A stretch of 64,000 bases of DNA from Octopus bimaculoides (taxonomy: Eukaryota), in the NCBI RefSeq assembly GCF_001194135.2, contig NC_068981.1:37590761-37654760 (forward strand). Direction: 5' to 3'. This document shows positions 40,599-54,730 of this stretch, piece after piece. Each line of letters opens with the position of its first letter. Positions within the stretch are counted from its first letter, which is position 1. The position numbers were made by a program, and so were the translations under genes. The notes beneath the pieces were generated by a model. That model saw only the letters and a list, made by a program, of their open reading frames with translations. It ran no database searches and had not been told where the DNA came from.

Positions 40599-41329
40599 CC
40601 AGACAATTGTCTTGTTATCTATTTTATAGATCTCTTCACTTTAAGTTGTTGTCGACTAATGTCGCTGTGTGGTCGAATCAGACGAATTTTGGTAGCAATG
40701 GTTCTGCTTGTACTGGCTGACACACTGCAACATACAACTGGACTAAACCATTTTGCTATATGCAGCACTGCCCAGTGCATCTACTTCTTCTTCTTCTTCT
40801 TCTTCTTCTACTTCTTCTTCCTTTCCCTTTTTCCTTTCCTTCTTCTTCCCCCCCTCCCCCATAATATCTTCCCCACGTACTCATCTCGCATACACACTTT
40901 TAATTTCCTCCCAGTACTTTAATCTGAAGAAGCGCCTCTCCAATTCCTAAAACCACAAATATTACATAAATTTTCTTTTAAAATTTTTGCATAAACTGGC
41001 TTTGCAAATGGATATGGTACTGAAACATTTGTAACTTATACTTAAAGATGTGTTAAAAAATGTTCATTGTATACATATATATATATATATATATATGTAT
41101 TAAAACTGAAGCTTATAGTTTGTCTCATAGCTCAAGTTTCATGCTTAATAGAGAGCAGAGGAGAAATGATGTAAATTTTTACACTCACACACACACACAT
41201 AAACACATAATACATACATACATAATACACACATAAATACACGTACATGTATGCAAATATGCATACATGCATACATATATGCATATTATAACTTTTTAAA
41301 CATTTCATGTGTGTTAGAGTGAGTGCCCT

Positions 41330-42089
41330 TTGCCATGAGTGACGAGTTTCCTTCTCTACAGGCTCCACTAATTTGGAGTGCTTGTGTTTTTATATGCTAC
41401 AACCATTCTCCCAATGCATCACATATCTGTACCATTACACTTACTCTCTTGCACACTAGATCAAATTTCTCTTATTCCCAGCTTTATACTCAGCTCATTT
41501 GTACTATGATGTTCATGTACATTAACATTGTACATCCATCAGAGCATACTAGTTTCGTTTCTTTTCAGTCTTTGCAAATCTTTTGCATACAATGTCCATA
41601 TCTTGTTCCTATGCAACATTGCAGTTCTAGCACACACAAGCATTATGCAATCTGACTTTTGCTTTGAGGGAGAAGACCTTTATTGCTGGCAGCTGTAATA
41701 CCACCCTGACCTTTTTCCAGCTTGCTGTTTTTCCTTGTTATTGCATATCCTTTAGTCTGTGAAGAAGGTAAAGCCAATGTTAGCTCTTTATTCAGGAGTG
41801 TTAATTTCATGAGATAGGAGCAGAACAACAATCTATTATAGATAACAACTCCAAAACAGCTGGTTTCACTTAGTAAAGAGAAGCATGTAAGATTGTAATT
41901 CTGAGTGATATAATAAAATATGTTAAGCAGATATGATGAACACTTAAGTCATTAACTGATAAGCAAGTAGCTTAACCTTCGTGATTCCACTTATACATTA
42001 CACATATTTACACATACAAAACCCAATCCACATATCATGCCCACCAACCACCCATCCATCTCTACACTAATACACAGACACAGACACAG

Positions 42090-42121
<32 letters not shown>

Positions 42122-42596
42122 ATACATGCACTTACACATGCACACATGTTCATATACATAAATATGTGGGAGTATGAAAGAGTGTAACTAGATTAATCTT
42201 CCATTACTGTACAGATTCATTAGTTGGGTTTCTCAAATAGTACTGTGGATCTTTATCCATGTTATCTTATCATACTGCAGCTACTGTGTTGAATTCCTTA
42301 GCTATACACTTAACCCAGCTTGCTAAAATTTGCCTGACAAAACAAATACAAAATGAATACCATACACGAAGCCCTTTTGTTATATATTTAACTTCAGATA
42401 TAAGTTGCTATAAAGATTTCAATTTTTATGTGTCCATAGCTTACACTGAGTACATCATATAGAGTCTCTACCGACGACTTTTCCACAGATCAAGCAGGGC
42501 CATCTACCTGAAGGGGGTTGTGATTTGACAGCCTTCCTACTTACTAAGATTTGGGGTCTTGCTAGGTTAACCCTAAGGCCCTTCGATTCTAGACCT

Positions 42597-42600
<4 letters not shown>
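41330..42600 (-). mobile_element. Fragmented RTE LINE (RT end at 42460-42600, C-terminus at 41330-41790)
   Basis: Reads '[12 protein letters not shown]...[11 protein letters not shown]', matching the 33.3-kb copy, and 'AKVRLHNACV..AMLH...WTLYAKDLQRLKRNETSML*WMYNV'. This explains the plus-strand ORF 41323-41655 as antisense. Confidence 0.75.
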
Positions 42601-42652
<52 letters not shown>

Positions 42653-45600
42653 GTGTGTGTGTGTGTGTATGTGTGTGTGTGTGTATATAGACATATATAT
42701 CAAAGATATAATATATATATATATGTATATACACGCATATATGCAGTTCTTTATCAATTCATTGGAACAATATGGAATTTTCCAGTCAAAAATTTCAACA
42801 AAAGAATTGATTATATTCTTATGGAAAACAACTCTCCATACGATTAAATAAGAATGATATTGAGTGTGTTACAAATGTATTTAATATTCTCAGAAACATT
42901 GTAAAACCCTCCCTTGTTTATTGCACCAATATTTGTTTCTCACATGAATTTAATAAAAAAAAATCCTCACATTAACAAATAATCAATCCCATTGGCTAAT
43001 TGCTATTCTTATTTTGTATTTTTGTTTTAGCTTTTCAAATGTGTTTAAACTGTTTTGATCAATCTCGCAGAGTTTACTTTACCAATTCCCATCAGAATTA
43101 AGAGCTGATGAATTCCTAAAACAAACACACAAACTCACACCCTTATCTTGCAGATTTAATCATCTGCAGTTGATCTTTGATTATTTTTTTCCCTCTTCTT
43201 ATTTCATCTTCTCTTCCTGCCCACCTTTTCTTTTTTCTTTCCTTTTCTTTCTCCTTTCTTTGTATCTTTCCCACATACCCCCTTCCTCTATTCTTCCTTT
43301 ATTTCTGTTTTTTTGTTCTCTTTTGTTGTCATTTCCTTCATATCCTCTCTTTCCTCTCACTCACATTATTTTATTCATTTATTTCAAGGCATCTAAAATT
43401 CCCAATTAATATCAGTCTCTTCTGCCATAAAATAGAACCTTACTGTTACAGTACCATCAAGAACCTATTAAAAATGATGTGAAATAGTGAAATCAAAGAA
43501 CTGAGGTGAAGTGTGGAAAAAGAGAAAAAATTAATTGGAAAGCCCATGATTTAGATAGTGTGTATAAGATGAGCTGGAGTCTGATCAGTATTCAAATATG
43601 AGTATAACTGCAGTTTAAATATGGTTGCTATCCTACCATATCAAAATAATAACACAACAGGTTGAAGTAGTGCCCACTAGACACAAGATCAATATGTTTC
43701 ACTGAAATATCTCAATTTCAACTTTTTAAAAATTCTCTTTAGTTATTATTGAAGTATCAGACACTGCATTATAGCAATTAGTTTTGTTCTTCTGTGACTT
43801 GGGTTCAAATTTTAAAATGTCTCATTACATCCAATGTTTTTGCTTTGAGTAAAATAATACATTCAGTCTCAGAAAAGTACAGTAAAAATACATGTGATCT
43901 CAGAAAAAAATGAGAGAAATTACTTTAAAATGTGTTACCAAACAGCTACAAAAGCAAACATATGAGTGTACCATCATGGAAGAACAACATGTGTATTATT
44001 ACATATGATGTGTACTTAACACAGCCCAACTCGATCATTTCAGATAGATTATTAAACGTATTATATTAAAATAGAGGTGTCATGTGGTAATTAGCACAGA
44101 TTAGAAAACTCTATGTTTACATGTTTGTAATTACCTGACCTTCATATTTAGGCATAGATTTTGGTGTACCTATGACAAACTGCAGAAGAGATCCATGCTA
44201 ATGCTTGTTGCTGATTTGAGAGTTTTATTAATTCTGTGATACTTCATTTGGTGCAACATTATCAAGTTGGTCAAAATTGAGACGATGTGAGTATGATATC
44301 AAATGAGATACAGAGATCTGTTGAAGAAAATATGAAATAAGAATATAAACTATAAATATCACTCCCAAACACGTATGAATTAGAAGTTTGTTCCATGCTT
44401 TTGTCAATGATCTTCTTGGTATCTAAGAAGTCACCTTTGACCTAATGGAATATTGAAGATGTGAGAGCTGGAGGGAAATAGGGCTGCACCAACACTTAGA
44501 TGGTACTCATTTTTCAACTGAGTTGATTGGAGCAACATGCAATGAAATAGCTTGCTCAAGAATACTATGTGCCACCAGAGCTAGGAATTGAATCAACGAA
44601 CTTATGAATATGAGCCTGACATCCTAATCACTAAGCCATGCTAGAAATAATATCAAAATCTGTTTCAGATCATACCCTACTATTGTAAACAAGCAAAGAA
44701 TGCATTACAAATAGTGTAATGAAGATCTATGCACTTCAAAAATATACGAGATGATCATAGTGAGAATACATTTGATCATAAATCTATTTGCTCAGAGTTG
44801 ACTTGAGGCTAAGCAACAACAATCTGCTTAGTGTATATCATTATGTCTTCATTGTTAATACGCATTAGAGCTGAGGGCAATCTGTAGATTATAAAATGCT
44901 GGTCTCATTGAGGATCAATTTGACCAAGCTGTATTCTACATCAAGTTAAAGATGAAATGGCCTTTTAGTGTCTGACACTGCCAATCATGCTTCACTGTCA
45001 TCTAAGGTAAGTGACACATACTTCTTCACATTGTATTTAACAGCCAATCAAGAAAAAGTGCTTTGATGACTTAAAGAGAATATTTATAACTTTCTCATCT
45101 GAGTTTGATAAAATAATCTTATGAGAATAGTCTGATAAACTCCATTAACAATACTATCAAACCATTTTAATTATTTGGAATAAGATATGTTAAATATCAG
45201 CATGATTATAAAGTGGTTCTTAAAAAATTTAAAACACAACAGACTTGTGGCCTTAAGTAAGGCATCTAATGTTCAAGCAATCTGAATTACTGTGAAAAAA
45301 GTTAACATGGCATTTTTAATGAAGGATGACTTATGTTTAATTCTGGATCAACTTTGGCTGAACACTTATAATCAAAGCATTCTGTGAATATACTATATAT
45401 TTATCAAAAGTTTATTGAACCTTAGTGCTGACAGTAGAGTGTGATTCGAGGGATAATTAACCGTGATTTTTAGTAGGATAGAGTCTTCCTCGTTGTCTTG
45501 AGGTTAAAAGTATTTATATGGTTACCAAATACAAAATATATAATGAAGAAGAAGAAGAATAATGTAAGGATTATTTTTATAAGCATGTATGTAGAAGTCA

Positions 45601-48459
45601 TATAAATGAATGTAGATACATATAAATTTTATATTGTTATTCTCTATAAGTTAACACTGTTTCCTTTCTTTTATGAGAATCCTACTAACTTACTGCTTAA
45701 TATAAATGTGTATACATCTCTGCATATACTTATAACTATCCTTAAACACCTCTCAGAGTTTCTATTAATCACCAAGTTTACTGGATCAAGAGGAAATGAA
45801 ATTCATTTGATTTGATATTCCATGAAAATCTTCCATAATAATAAAAGCCATTCACAGAAAAATTACATTAAATTTATAATACAGAGAATACATACTTAAT
45901 AGAAAAATGAAAGTACTAATAATGCATGATCCAATGACAATATTGAAAAGAAATATAGAAGATAGCAAAAAATAAGTTTAGGTTACTGCATTTTTTTAAG
46001 TCCCTGTATTTTTTTAAAGTCCCATAATTTTGGGCACAACATTATGAGAAAATTTTTAGTGTTAATAATATATATTTATATACAATTTAATTTACTCAAT
46101 AACCAGCCAAAGATATCAAAGAAATATATATTATTTTTGGTTAATCATACAACAGAAGTTATCAAGCCAACACCATACTGCTGAAGCTCTAATGTAGCTG
46201 AAATTTATCAATTCATGACCACCTCCCTTTTGATACCTCAGAGACTTTTTCTGCAATATCTATCAAGTGTTTTAATTGGATTCTGCTCCAATATTGAATG
46301 ATTCAAGCAGTTTAGCTTAGCTCACTATTTTTGACATAAGTGTTGGAATCAATTACTTAGTCTCTAGGGATTATCCCTTAAAATTTCTTATCATTTATTC
46401 AGAGATAGTCTCAGTAGCATTCTTCTACAATCCACCAAAACATTTTGTGGCATTGGCTATTTCTATAAGTATACACATTTCAATTTATCATACTTTATCT
46501 TCATCTCAAGACTCTATGGCTCAGCCAAGCATATATATTCATGTCAGAGTGTGAATTTCAGGCCAGACCAATAATCTTCTGACACCTACATGAAGCATAT
46601 TATTGAACAGTCATACATATTTATTTCCTGACGATCCCCAAAGGAAGAAATAATATTCTGAAAGAATAATATTGAAAAGAAGAATGCAAGGACTTTCAGT
46701 TCACTTGATGATTGAAAAGGAAGACATTTTTACTGTCATCTGATATCAACAATGAAGGAACAAACCCCATTGTATGGAGACAAACAGAGGGCGTATAATT
46801 TCCAGAATATAGTTATTCAGTTGCAATTTAAATACTGTAACGTCTGCAGAAGAAATGTAACACCAGCAATCATTTAAGTTTGCAAATTTCCTAATTATCA
46901 AAGTTCATGCAAAACAAAAGCTCTTTTATAACTAACATATAATGTTAACAGTCAAGCTTAGAAACATGTATAGGAGTGTGTCTGTATATGGGTTGTACAT
47001 GCTGGTGTATGTTGCCATTGAGAAGTCAGAATTCAGACGTATTGGCTCCAAAGTTATGAGGTATTGTATTGTGAACCTAGACATAGTGTAATAAAACATT
47101 TGACTAAGTAATTCTTGTTAAAAATGGAACAAGCTCCCAAGGCTCCTATCTGGGAATTGTGTTGACTGTTTTATGGCACTGATCAAAGTCAGGGAAGAGT
47201 TGGTATTTACCATGGAGCATGATACAATTAAAAAATATCAATTTACAAAAAATATACTTCCATGTTATAGTGGTTTGTATGGTTGTGTGTGTGTTTGTAA
47301 CAGTAAGTTGTTTCATAAATATATCAATAAAAACACCCTTCTACATTCGGTGAGTTTGATGTTGTTTTTAGGATTATAACAACAGTATTATATTTATAAA
47401 TAATGAAATACAACTCACATTGTGTGCATTATTAATACATATATGAATAAAATAAGCTTTCCACATTCAGTGAGTTTTGTGTTAATATAAATAATAAGAC
47501 ACACATAGATGGAATCAGTGAGTTGTGTTATAATAAGTGTATTGTTTAACTATAGTTTAGGCACAGTATGGCACACTGCAGTTTCACCATATTGCATCTT
47601 GAGCAAGTGTTGTCTTAGATCGTCCAATTCCTGGTGAATGAAACTGGTTAGACATAAACTGGGTAGACATAAACTGTGTAGAAACCTGATGGATTAATTG
47701 TGCTTGTAATTCAAAGATCCAACCTTGTTCCACTGTATCATGATACCCCTGTCTAAGAATTAAATGTATCTGTGAAATGTTCATCATTTCATAGTTCAAT
47801 TGATCAAACAAGTGAAAATTCATGGTCAAATATTCTGACCCTAATGCATTTTTTGCAGACTATAATTATAAGGCAATAATATGATGGTTAATAGTACATT
47901 AATAATAATTTTTCTTTTTAAATGAGTGAAAGAACAACCTTCCATAATCTGTGAATCAGCAAAGACAACTCTATGAAAATTATAACTGTAGAGGGAATTG
48001 CTATTTATTATTTATCTTGCCAAGATGGTGAGCTGATAGAATTATTTCTATACCAGACAAAATGCTTAGTGACATTTCTTCCAGTTCTTTATGTTTCTGT
48101 GTTGAAATGTCACTAAAGTTGACCTTACCTTCCATCCTCTTGGGGGCTAATAAAATAAGTACCAATTGAACCTTGGGGTCGATGTAAACTACTTCCTCCT
48201 CGCCTCAAAATAACTAGTCTTGTGCCAAAGTTAGAAAGAATTATTTATCTAGCTAATTTTTGTTTTGGAACATACTAACAAAAATCAGAATTTTATAAAG
48301 ACAAAATTCCAAAATTTGTTGTCATCACAATGACAACAAATTTGAATAAATCCTACTTTTTCCAACTTCATTTCCTTTTAAATGAATTTTTATTGTGGTG
48401 AATCGTTCCATTTGTATTTTTCAAATGCAGTTCTTTTTTCCAAGTAGTGACTCATTAAC

Positions 48460-48985
48460 TGATATGGCTTACAGGTGCAGGCATGTTTCTGAGGTTAAGA
48501 ATTTGCTTCCCAGCCACATTGTTTTGGAATCTCACTGTGGTGCACCTTGGGCAAGTGTCTTTCTACTTCAACCCAAGGTTAACAAAAACCATATAAGTGA
48601 GTCTGATAGATGTAAACTGAAAAATGCCCATTTTATTTATATATATTAGCATGGGTGTGTGCATGTGTGTTTGTGTCTCCTTGTCTTGACATCCCGTGTA
48701 AGTAGTGAATGGGCATCTTTGTCATACAAGCAGTATCCATCTTTTCAAATCTTCCATGAAATCATATCGAGCCATGCAGAAATATTGCCTTGCCTGGAAA
48801 CAGGTGAGGGTTTGTGACAGGAGAGGCATCTTGCTTTAGAAAATCTGCCTTAACAAATACCATCTGACCTATGCAAGCATAGAAAAATGGACATTAAGAC
48901 AATGATGATGATGATGGTGGTGGTGATGATGATGATGATGACGAGGAGGAGGAGGAGGAAGAGGAGGTGGAGGAAGAGGAGGACA
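48460..48985 (+). mobile_element. SINE with family A-like head and (GAT/GAG)n tail
   Basis: Head 'cttgggcaagtgtctttctac', tail 'gcatagaaaaatggacattaagacaatgatgatg'. Confidence 0.7.
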
Positions 48986-51864
48986 TCTGCAATGATAGGA
49001 ACCATATCCCTCAACCAATTGCAATCAATGATGAGACAGTTCAAAAAACAAGCAAACTACAGTGTTACATCAGACCTTATAGAATTTGACCTTATAGAAT
49101 TTGGCTCCTGCATTGGAAATATTATTAAGAGAGGCACCAGTCATTTGTCAGGTTTATGAATCTGTAAAGCAGGGAACATAAATGTTTCCTAAGGAATACC
49201 CAATAACTGTTTTTGGTCAATAGTTCAGTGTTTAAAAAAAAAACATTAACTCAAAAATGGTGAAGAACACTTACTTGTCTGGATCATTTAAAGCCACAGC
49301 AAAAATGTATTTTCCTATTTTCTAAAATGCTGTTGATTAATCTACATCACATCAGTTTGCTCTTCCAATTATTTCAGCAGTAAAACATAAGTAGAGAAAA
49401 CTTGCACAAAAGTTAAATGAGCATGAAAGCAGTGTTTGTATCTCAAGCTTTCTTATCTGAACTGAAGAAACTTGTGTCTGTTGACACTCTTTTGATTCAA
49501 AGCATTTGAAATAGAAAAATGTTTGGAAGAAAATAGTGAGTGCTGGATGTCATTTCCTTCTTGGACAATGAAGACTAGCTTTAGGATAGTAAAAGTTGGA
49601 TTGTATCAAGAGATAATGGAAATTTCTTGGGGATTTTTGAACAGATTTTTGAACATTATAGTAGCATTATGAATGATCACTTGAATCAAGTTACAGTTTC
49701 TCAAAAAAAGAGAATGCTTTCAATCTCATTATTTATCACCTGGTAATCAAAATGAGTTTATTAATTGTCAAGCCAATCAAACTAGCACATCTGTAATTAC
49801 AGAATGTGAATATACAAAATATTACAATATTATCTGGATTTACTTCATGTTTCATCAAAGAAAACAAGCTGCAATTGTTATTACAGTATGTTTATCTTAA
49901 CAGAACTGCTAGCCTATACAAAGTTAAAAAAAAATAAAATGAGTTCATGATTTTGTTGAGTGTAACCAAATGCAATATTATAACCAAATTATTTCTTTAC
50001 AGTCTAAAAACAAAGATGATATTCTATTCAATGTCTGACATAGTCAAATGTCTGTTCACTAGAATATTAGTCAAATCTTAGCCAGTCTAATCCATTGATT
50101 GTATTTCGATAAAGTACCTGTCACAGCACCAACTTATTGTTATAATAGTCATACATGTTTGGGATGAGTTCAAAATCTCTACAAGATGTTTAATAGTAAT
50201 CCCCAATGATGACAAATTCTAACAATTGTTTCACTGTGTGATACCTCTATTACTCATTGGTTGGCAAGTATTGAAAATATTGAGCCCTTTTAAGATTATG
50301 CTCTAGCCCTACAGTAAGCAATTATGTCCTTGTTTATTATGAATCTATCTCCAGAACCAATGTCAAACATAAAAGGCATTCAAATCTATTTTAATTCTTT
50401 CATATGCATTACAATAACATTAATTTGAATCAAAATTTATGGAAAATTAATTGTAGTAGTATTGGTTTTCAAGCCAGGAATGCTACAATTAGGCAGTAGT
50501 AAATAACTTGAAATCCTTATTGACTGGTAAAAGTCTTTTGGACAAAAATGGAACAGTTTTCTTAGTGAAGTTAAAATATTTAGTAAAAATATGAAAAGCT
50601 AAATGAATTTTCTTACTAGAAGATGATGGAAAGTTATGAATATAGTTATTCTAGCATTGGTCATTTCAAATATTTCAATCAAATATTTGAAATATTTCAA
50701 CACTGCATCTTATTCATTTAGATTCATTTGGAAATAGAATATTATCAAATTGAGCTCAATGTTAGCTGTGTAAAATATATATAATACCGATAGATTGATT
50801 GATATGAAAGATGAAATATTCCACTTAAAGCCAATACATGAATTGAATATTTTTCTTCAACCCCAATTCCGCTAATTGAATTATTAAATAAGTTTGCACA
50901 GCTCTATCCTCTAATGTAGTTATGGCACTTCAGATTTTTTGCTGCTTTACTAGTCACTGTTGCACCATTTGATAAGTATTTCAGCGTTTTTACCCTATAT
51001 AAAGAATATTATGATTTAAACCATATTCCAAGTCAAACTATCTAAGCTTGGGATCATAGCAGTCAAATCATCTCTTATACATGAATTTAATTACGAGTTT
51101 GTAATTGATATCTTTGTTAGTGGTAAACCTGAAAAAGTTGCCCTGAAATTAATATTGGTTTCAAATTTTGGCACAAGGCAGACATTTCAGGGGAGAGGAT
51201 AAGTTAATTACCTGAACCCCAGTGCTCAAATAGTACTTATTTTATCAACCCCAAAGTATAAAAGGCAAAGTTGATCTGAGCAGAATATGCCCCGAATTTA
51301 ATATTAAAAATATAATGTTTTTTAATTTAGTTGAATAAATTTGTTTGTATAATGCTTCAACTTCCTGATACAGTATTGTTTTTTTAACATATTACCAGAA
51401 AGTCCAGTTTGGCTATCTATGCTGTATCCTTTTGTAAGAAAAAGAATCTCTAAGCAAATATATATAAAATATATATATGATGAACTAGATCATATTGTTT
51501 AGAAAAGTGATTTTCAAGTAACCTACTGTCACTCTGGGTTGTTAAAAGACACAGAGGTTAAAGATGATAGTAGATTTCACAAGACATAAAGTTTAGTACA
51601 TGTCATACACCCCTCCATCACAGTGATAAGTCACTAAATAGTGAAGCTGTTACTAGATAAAACCAGTATTATACTTTGGAAAGCTAGAAGCACAAGATCA
51701 ATAAAAATTCATTAAGTAAACATCATTGTGGTATTTTGAATCAATTTTGAAATTATTTTGTTCTTGGTTTGTATTTTATTGTAATATTACCTTCCATAAT
51801 TCAAAGTGATAAATTATTCTGAAAAGCATTTTAGAACAAGTGCACTCAGAGAGCACAAACCTCT

Positions 51865-52715
51865 GCTATGTTCTTTCAACGATTAGCCAGAGATAATTTT
51901 TAAAATGAGAATATCTGAAATAAATTCAACTGCTCTCACAAACGAGAATACTAAAAATGAACCCGACTGCTCTCAAAAATTTAAAAAAAAACAGGAAAAA
52001 TAATCCAGAATCTTTGTCTGGTACCTGATCAATCCCAATGGTAGTCACAAAATGTGAAGGTGGCTATAGAAAATTTAGTAACAGTAATAAATAGTTTATC
52101 CTTATCTAATACAAGTCAAAGTTAACAAATTCACCATTCAAAATAGTTACTGTCTAAAGGGAGATAATTGAGAAAGACTTGAAAATTAACATAAGATGAT
52201 AATCATGTAAAGTAAGTAAATATAACAAATAATCCAGAATTCTTGTCCGGTATCGGATCGATTCCAAAATCTAATCACTTCGTACCAGTCACAAGGCCAA
52301 GCATTCCTGAAGGTTTCATCCAAATTCATCCAGTGGTTCTTGAGATATCATGTCCATGGACAAACAAGCAAGCAAACAAGCACGACTGAAAACATTTGCC
52401 AAGGCAACACCAACGTCCTCTCAACGATTAGCCAGAGATGATATTTAAAATGAGAATATCTGAAATAAACTTGACTGCTCTCATAAACAAGATACTAAAA
52501 ATGAACCCGACCGATCTCAAATATTACTTAAAAAAACAGGAAAAATAACCCAGAATCCTTTTCCAGAAGGGAATCGATTTCAAAATCTAACCAGTTTGTG
52601 CCAGTCATCAGGCCAAACATCTCAGAAAGTTTCATTTGAATCCATTCAGCAGTTCTTGAGATAACATCTCCGAAAAAAAAAAAAAACATGACTGAAACAC
52701 ACTAAAGCAGAGGTA
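51865..52715 (+). mobile_element. Two head-to-tail copies of a non-autonomous repeat, possibly Helitron/Helentron-like
   Basis: 51870-52020 resembles 52420-52560 and 52210-52400 resembles 52545-52700. Contains an 'aagtttcat..aatccat.cagc.gttcttgagat..acaaacaa' motif like non-autonomous Helitrons (by recall). Confidence 0.5.
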
Positions 52716-54123
52716 ATAAGTGTTGGGAGTTTTGAAAATGAGCCTTCTCCAAAAACGAACAGTACTCAAAGGCTTTTAAAGTTTCTATAGATTGCTACTT
52801 TTTTCTATGTTTGATGATTTCCTATTGTGACCTCACATATGAAACATTGATATCTTAGTTCTCAAAATGTGAGCTCTTTTAAGAACCAGAAAATATTTTG
52901 CACCAATCCTGCTACTAAGTTGAGAGTGAATTATATTCAAGAAGTGTTCATATGTATATAGAAGAGTGCTGATGCCACACACAAATATCTTAGCCCAATG
53001 AAGTAGCTTCCATACAGTCTGGAGTTTAAAAATATACAAATCTTTCTCAAATCACAATAAGGATACGTTGCAAAATGTAATCCTAATGTCAGTGCTGGAA
53101 TATCTTTGATTATAGATTTGCCTTAACAGGGCTGATATAGGATGGGTAATGTAAAGCATCATCATCATAATCTGTACCCAAAACAAGTTCATAAAACTAA
53201 TTCTTCACAATTCACAAACTAGCTACGTATCTACAACCCTTGTACTAAGATCTGGAAAATTTAATTGTTTTTAATGCACTCACCTTTATTCACTTCATCA
53301 TTCGGATTGTATGTTACCTTTCAGGTACCACACTATACACTTTGCTCACTTATTCCTTTTCAGAGACTAATTTCTAGAACACATTCCCCTCCACACTTTT
53401 TGTGCAAATGTGGATGTACAGATGCTTGAACTAACACTAACCACATTGATCCCAGTTGTCTGAAAAGGTCTTCTATGACTATAGGTACTACCCTTTTCCT
53501 CTGACATTTATAAAATACATAATGCAGCACATTTCACTCTGTGCATATAAAAATATTTAAGGTAATAATATACCTTCCATTTCCCTTTTTTTTCTTCATC
53601 AATCATTAATGACACTTCTAGTAACGGTTTTTGTGAATTTTATGTATCAAATCTGATATAAATTCATCCATTTGAAATCTAGTTTGCTCATATAGATCAT
53701 AAATAATGTGTCATGAGCTTCCAGTTGATATGTAGCAAAAGCAGGAATATGACAAAGAAATATTGTGAGAGGAATAAGATCCAATTTAAGAGATGTGGTA
53801 TTTGCAGAATAATGAAACGTAGTAGACAAGAAAATGATTTGCGGATATATTCAGCTCTTACGATTATTGAAGAGTGCTAATAAAATGTTATAGGATTTTT
53901 ATGAGTAATGATAATGAATAAAAGTAGTGAGCAGTAGTAGAAATCTGATCAGTAATATTATTGCTAAACATTAAAGTGATATAACAACAGAAACCACTTT
54001 GAAAACCAGTGTTTTTAAATGCAAATTCTGTGAATATCTGCATTCAGAGCTACATTAGTCTAGTGTAAACTTGAAATCGCTATGATATAGAGTATGAAAT
54101 GATTTTAAAAGCCAAATAATCAA

Positions 54124-54200
<77 letters not shown>

Positions 54201-54554
54201 TGGGAGTTTCACAATGTATTATTTCAAGAATATGTTGGAAAACTCAGTCAATAACATCATGTGACAACTTTCTTTTTTTCTTAATTTTACTAATGCATAT
54301 ATATTACTAAACATATATATCTTTAGAACTATGAAGCAAGTCAGATAATTAAATGATGATAAAATGTACTTAACAGGATAAAAAAAAGGTAAAAAAATGG
54401 TAAATCTATAGAATGTACACCAGACTTTTGCTGAGAGATCAAAATATCTCGTGCCATGAGTAAAAAACTGGAAGCAAAATTTGTGAACATATTCCACCCA
54501 TCTCAACTACTGTTGCTTAATGTAGGATAGGCTTTACTAACTAGTGCTATTAGA

Positions 54555-54730
54555 TTGAACACTAGGACATGATTGAGGCTATATTTTGGAGACTTCTGCA
54601 TTCTGATAGAAAACAAAAATCACTCAACTACATTACCATTATTGGCAGAGACTCACAAAATGAAATTGAGGACCTACAAAAGCTAACGAGGGACATAGAC
54701 TTCTGGCAGGGACCAGTGAAGCCTATCTTA
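54555..54730 (+). mobile_element. RTE LINE 3' end relic
   Basis: Reads 'RKQKSLNYITIIGRDSQNEIEDLQKLTRDIDFWQGPV' (cf. GRPxxTYxxxIxxD...DLxxxxxDRxxW). Confidence 0.5.

Larger units (their letters stand above)
40000..40750. promoter_or_regulatory. CpG-retaining promoter-like patch with tandem E-boxes
   Basis: Visibly more CpGs than the surrounding non-repeat DNA. CACGTG at 40470-40475 and 40481-40486; purine/pyrimidine tracts nearby. Confidence 0.4.

Noticed and set aside
41323-41655. 110-aa ORF with a good acceptor at about 41369
   Set aside because: Antisense of the RTE LINE C-terminus.
2200-49320. Scattered minus-strand micro-exon candidates: 49275-~49320, 44135-44169, 34891-34917, 23279-23305, 21359-21422 and terminal 2200-2243
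   Set aside because: Good AG/GT contexts, but the phases do not chain into a recognisable protein and 21359-21422 has stops in all frames. Such sites are expected by chance in 64 kb of AT-rich DNA; RNA-seq would be needed.
50003-50038. Strong plus acceptor followed by SKNKDDILFNV*
   Set aside because: Too short, and joining it to the 40.4-kb candidate exon gives no plausible protein.
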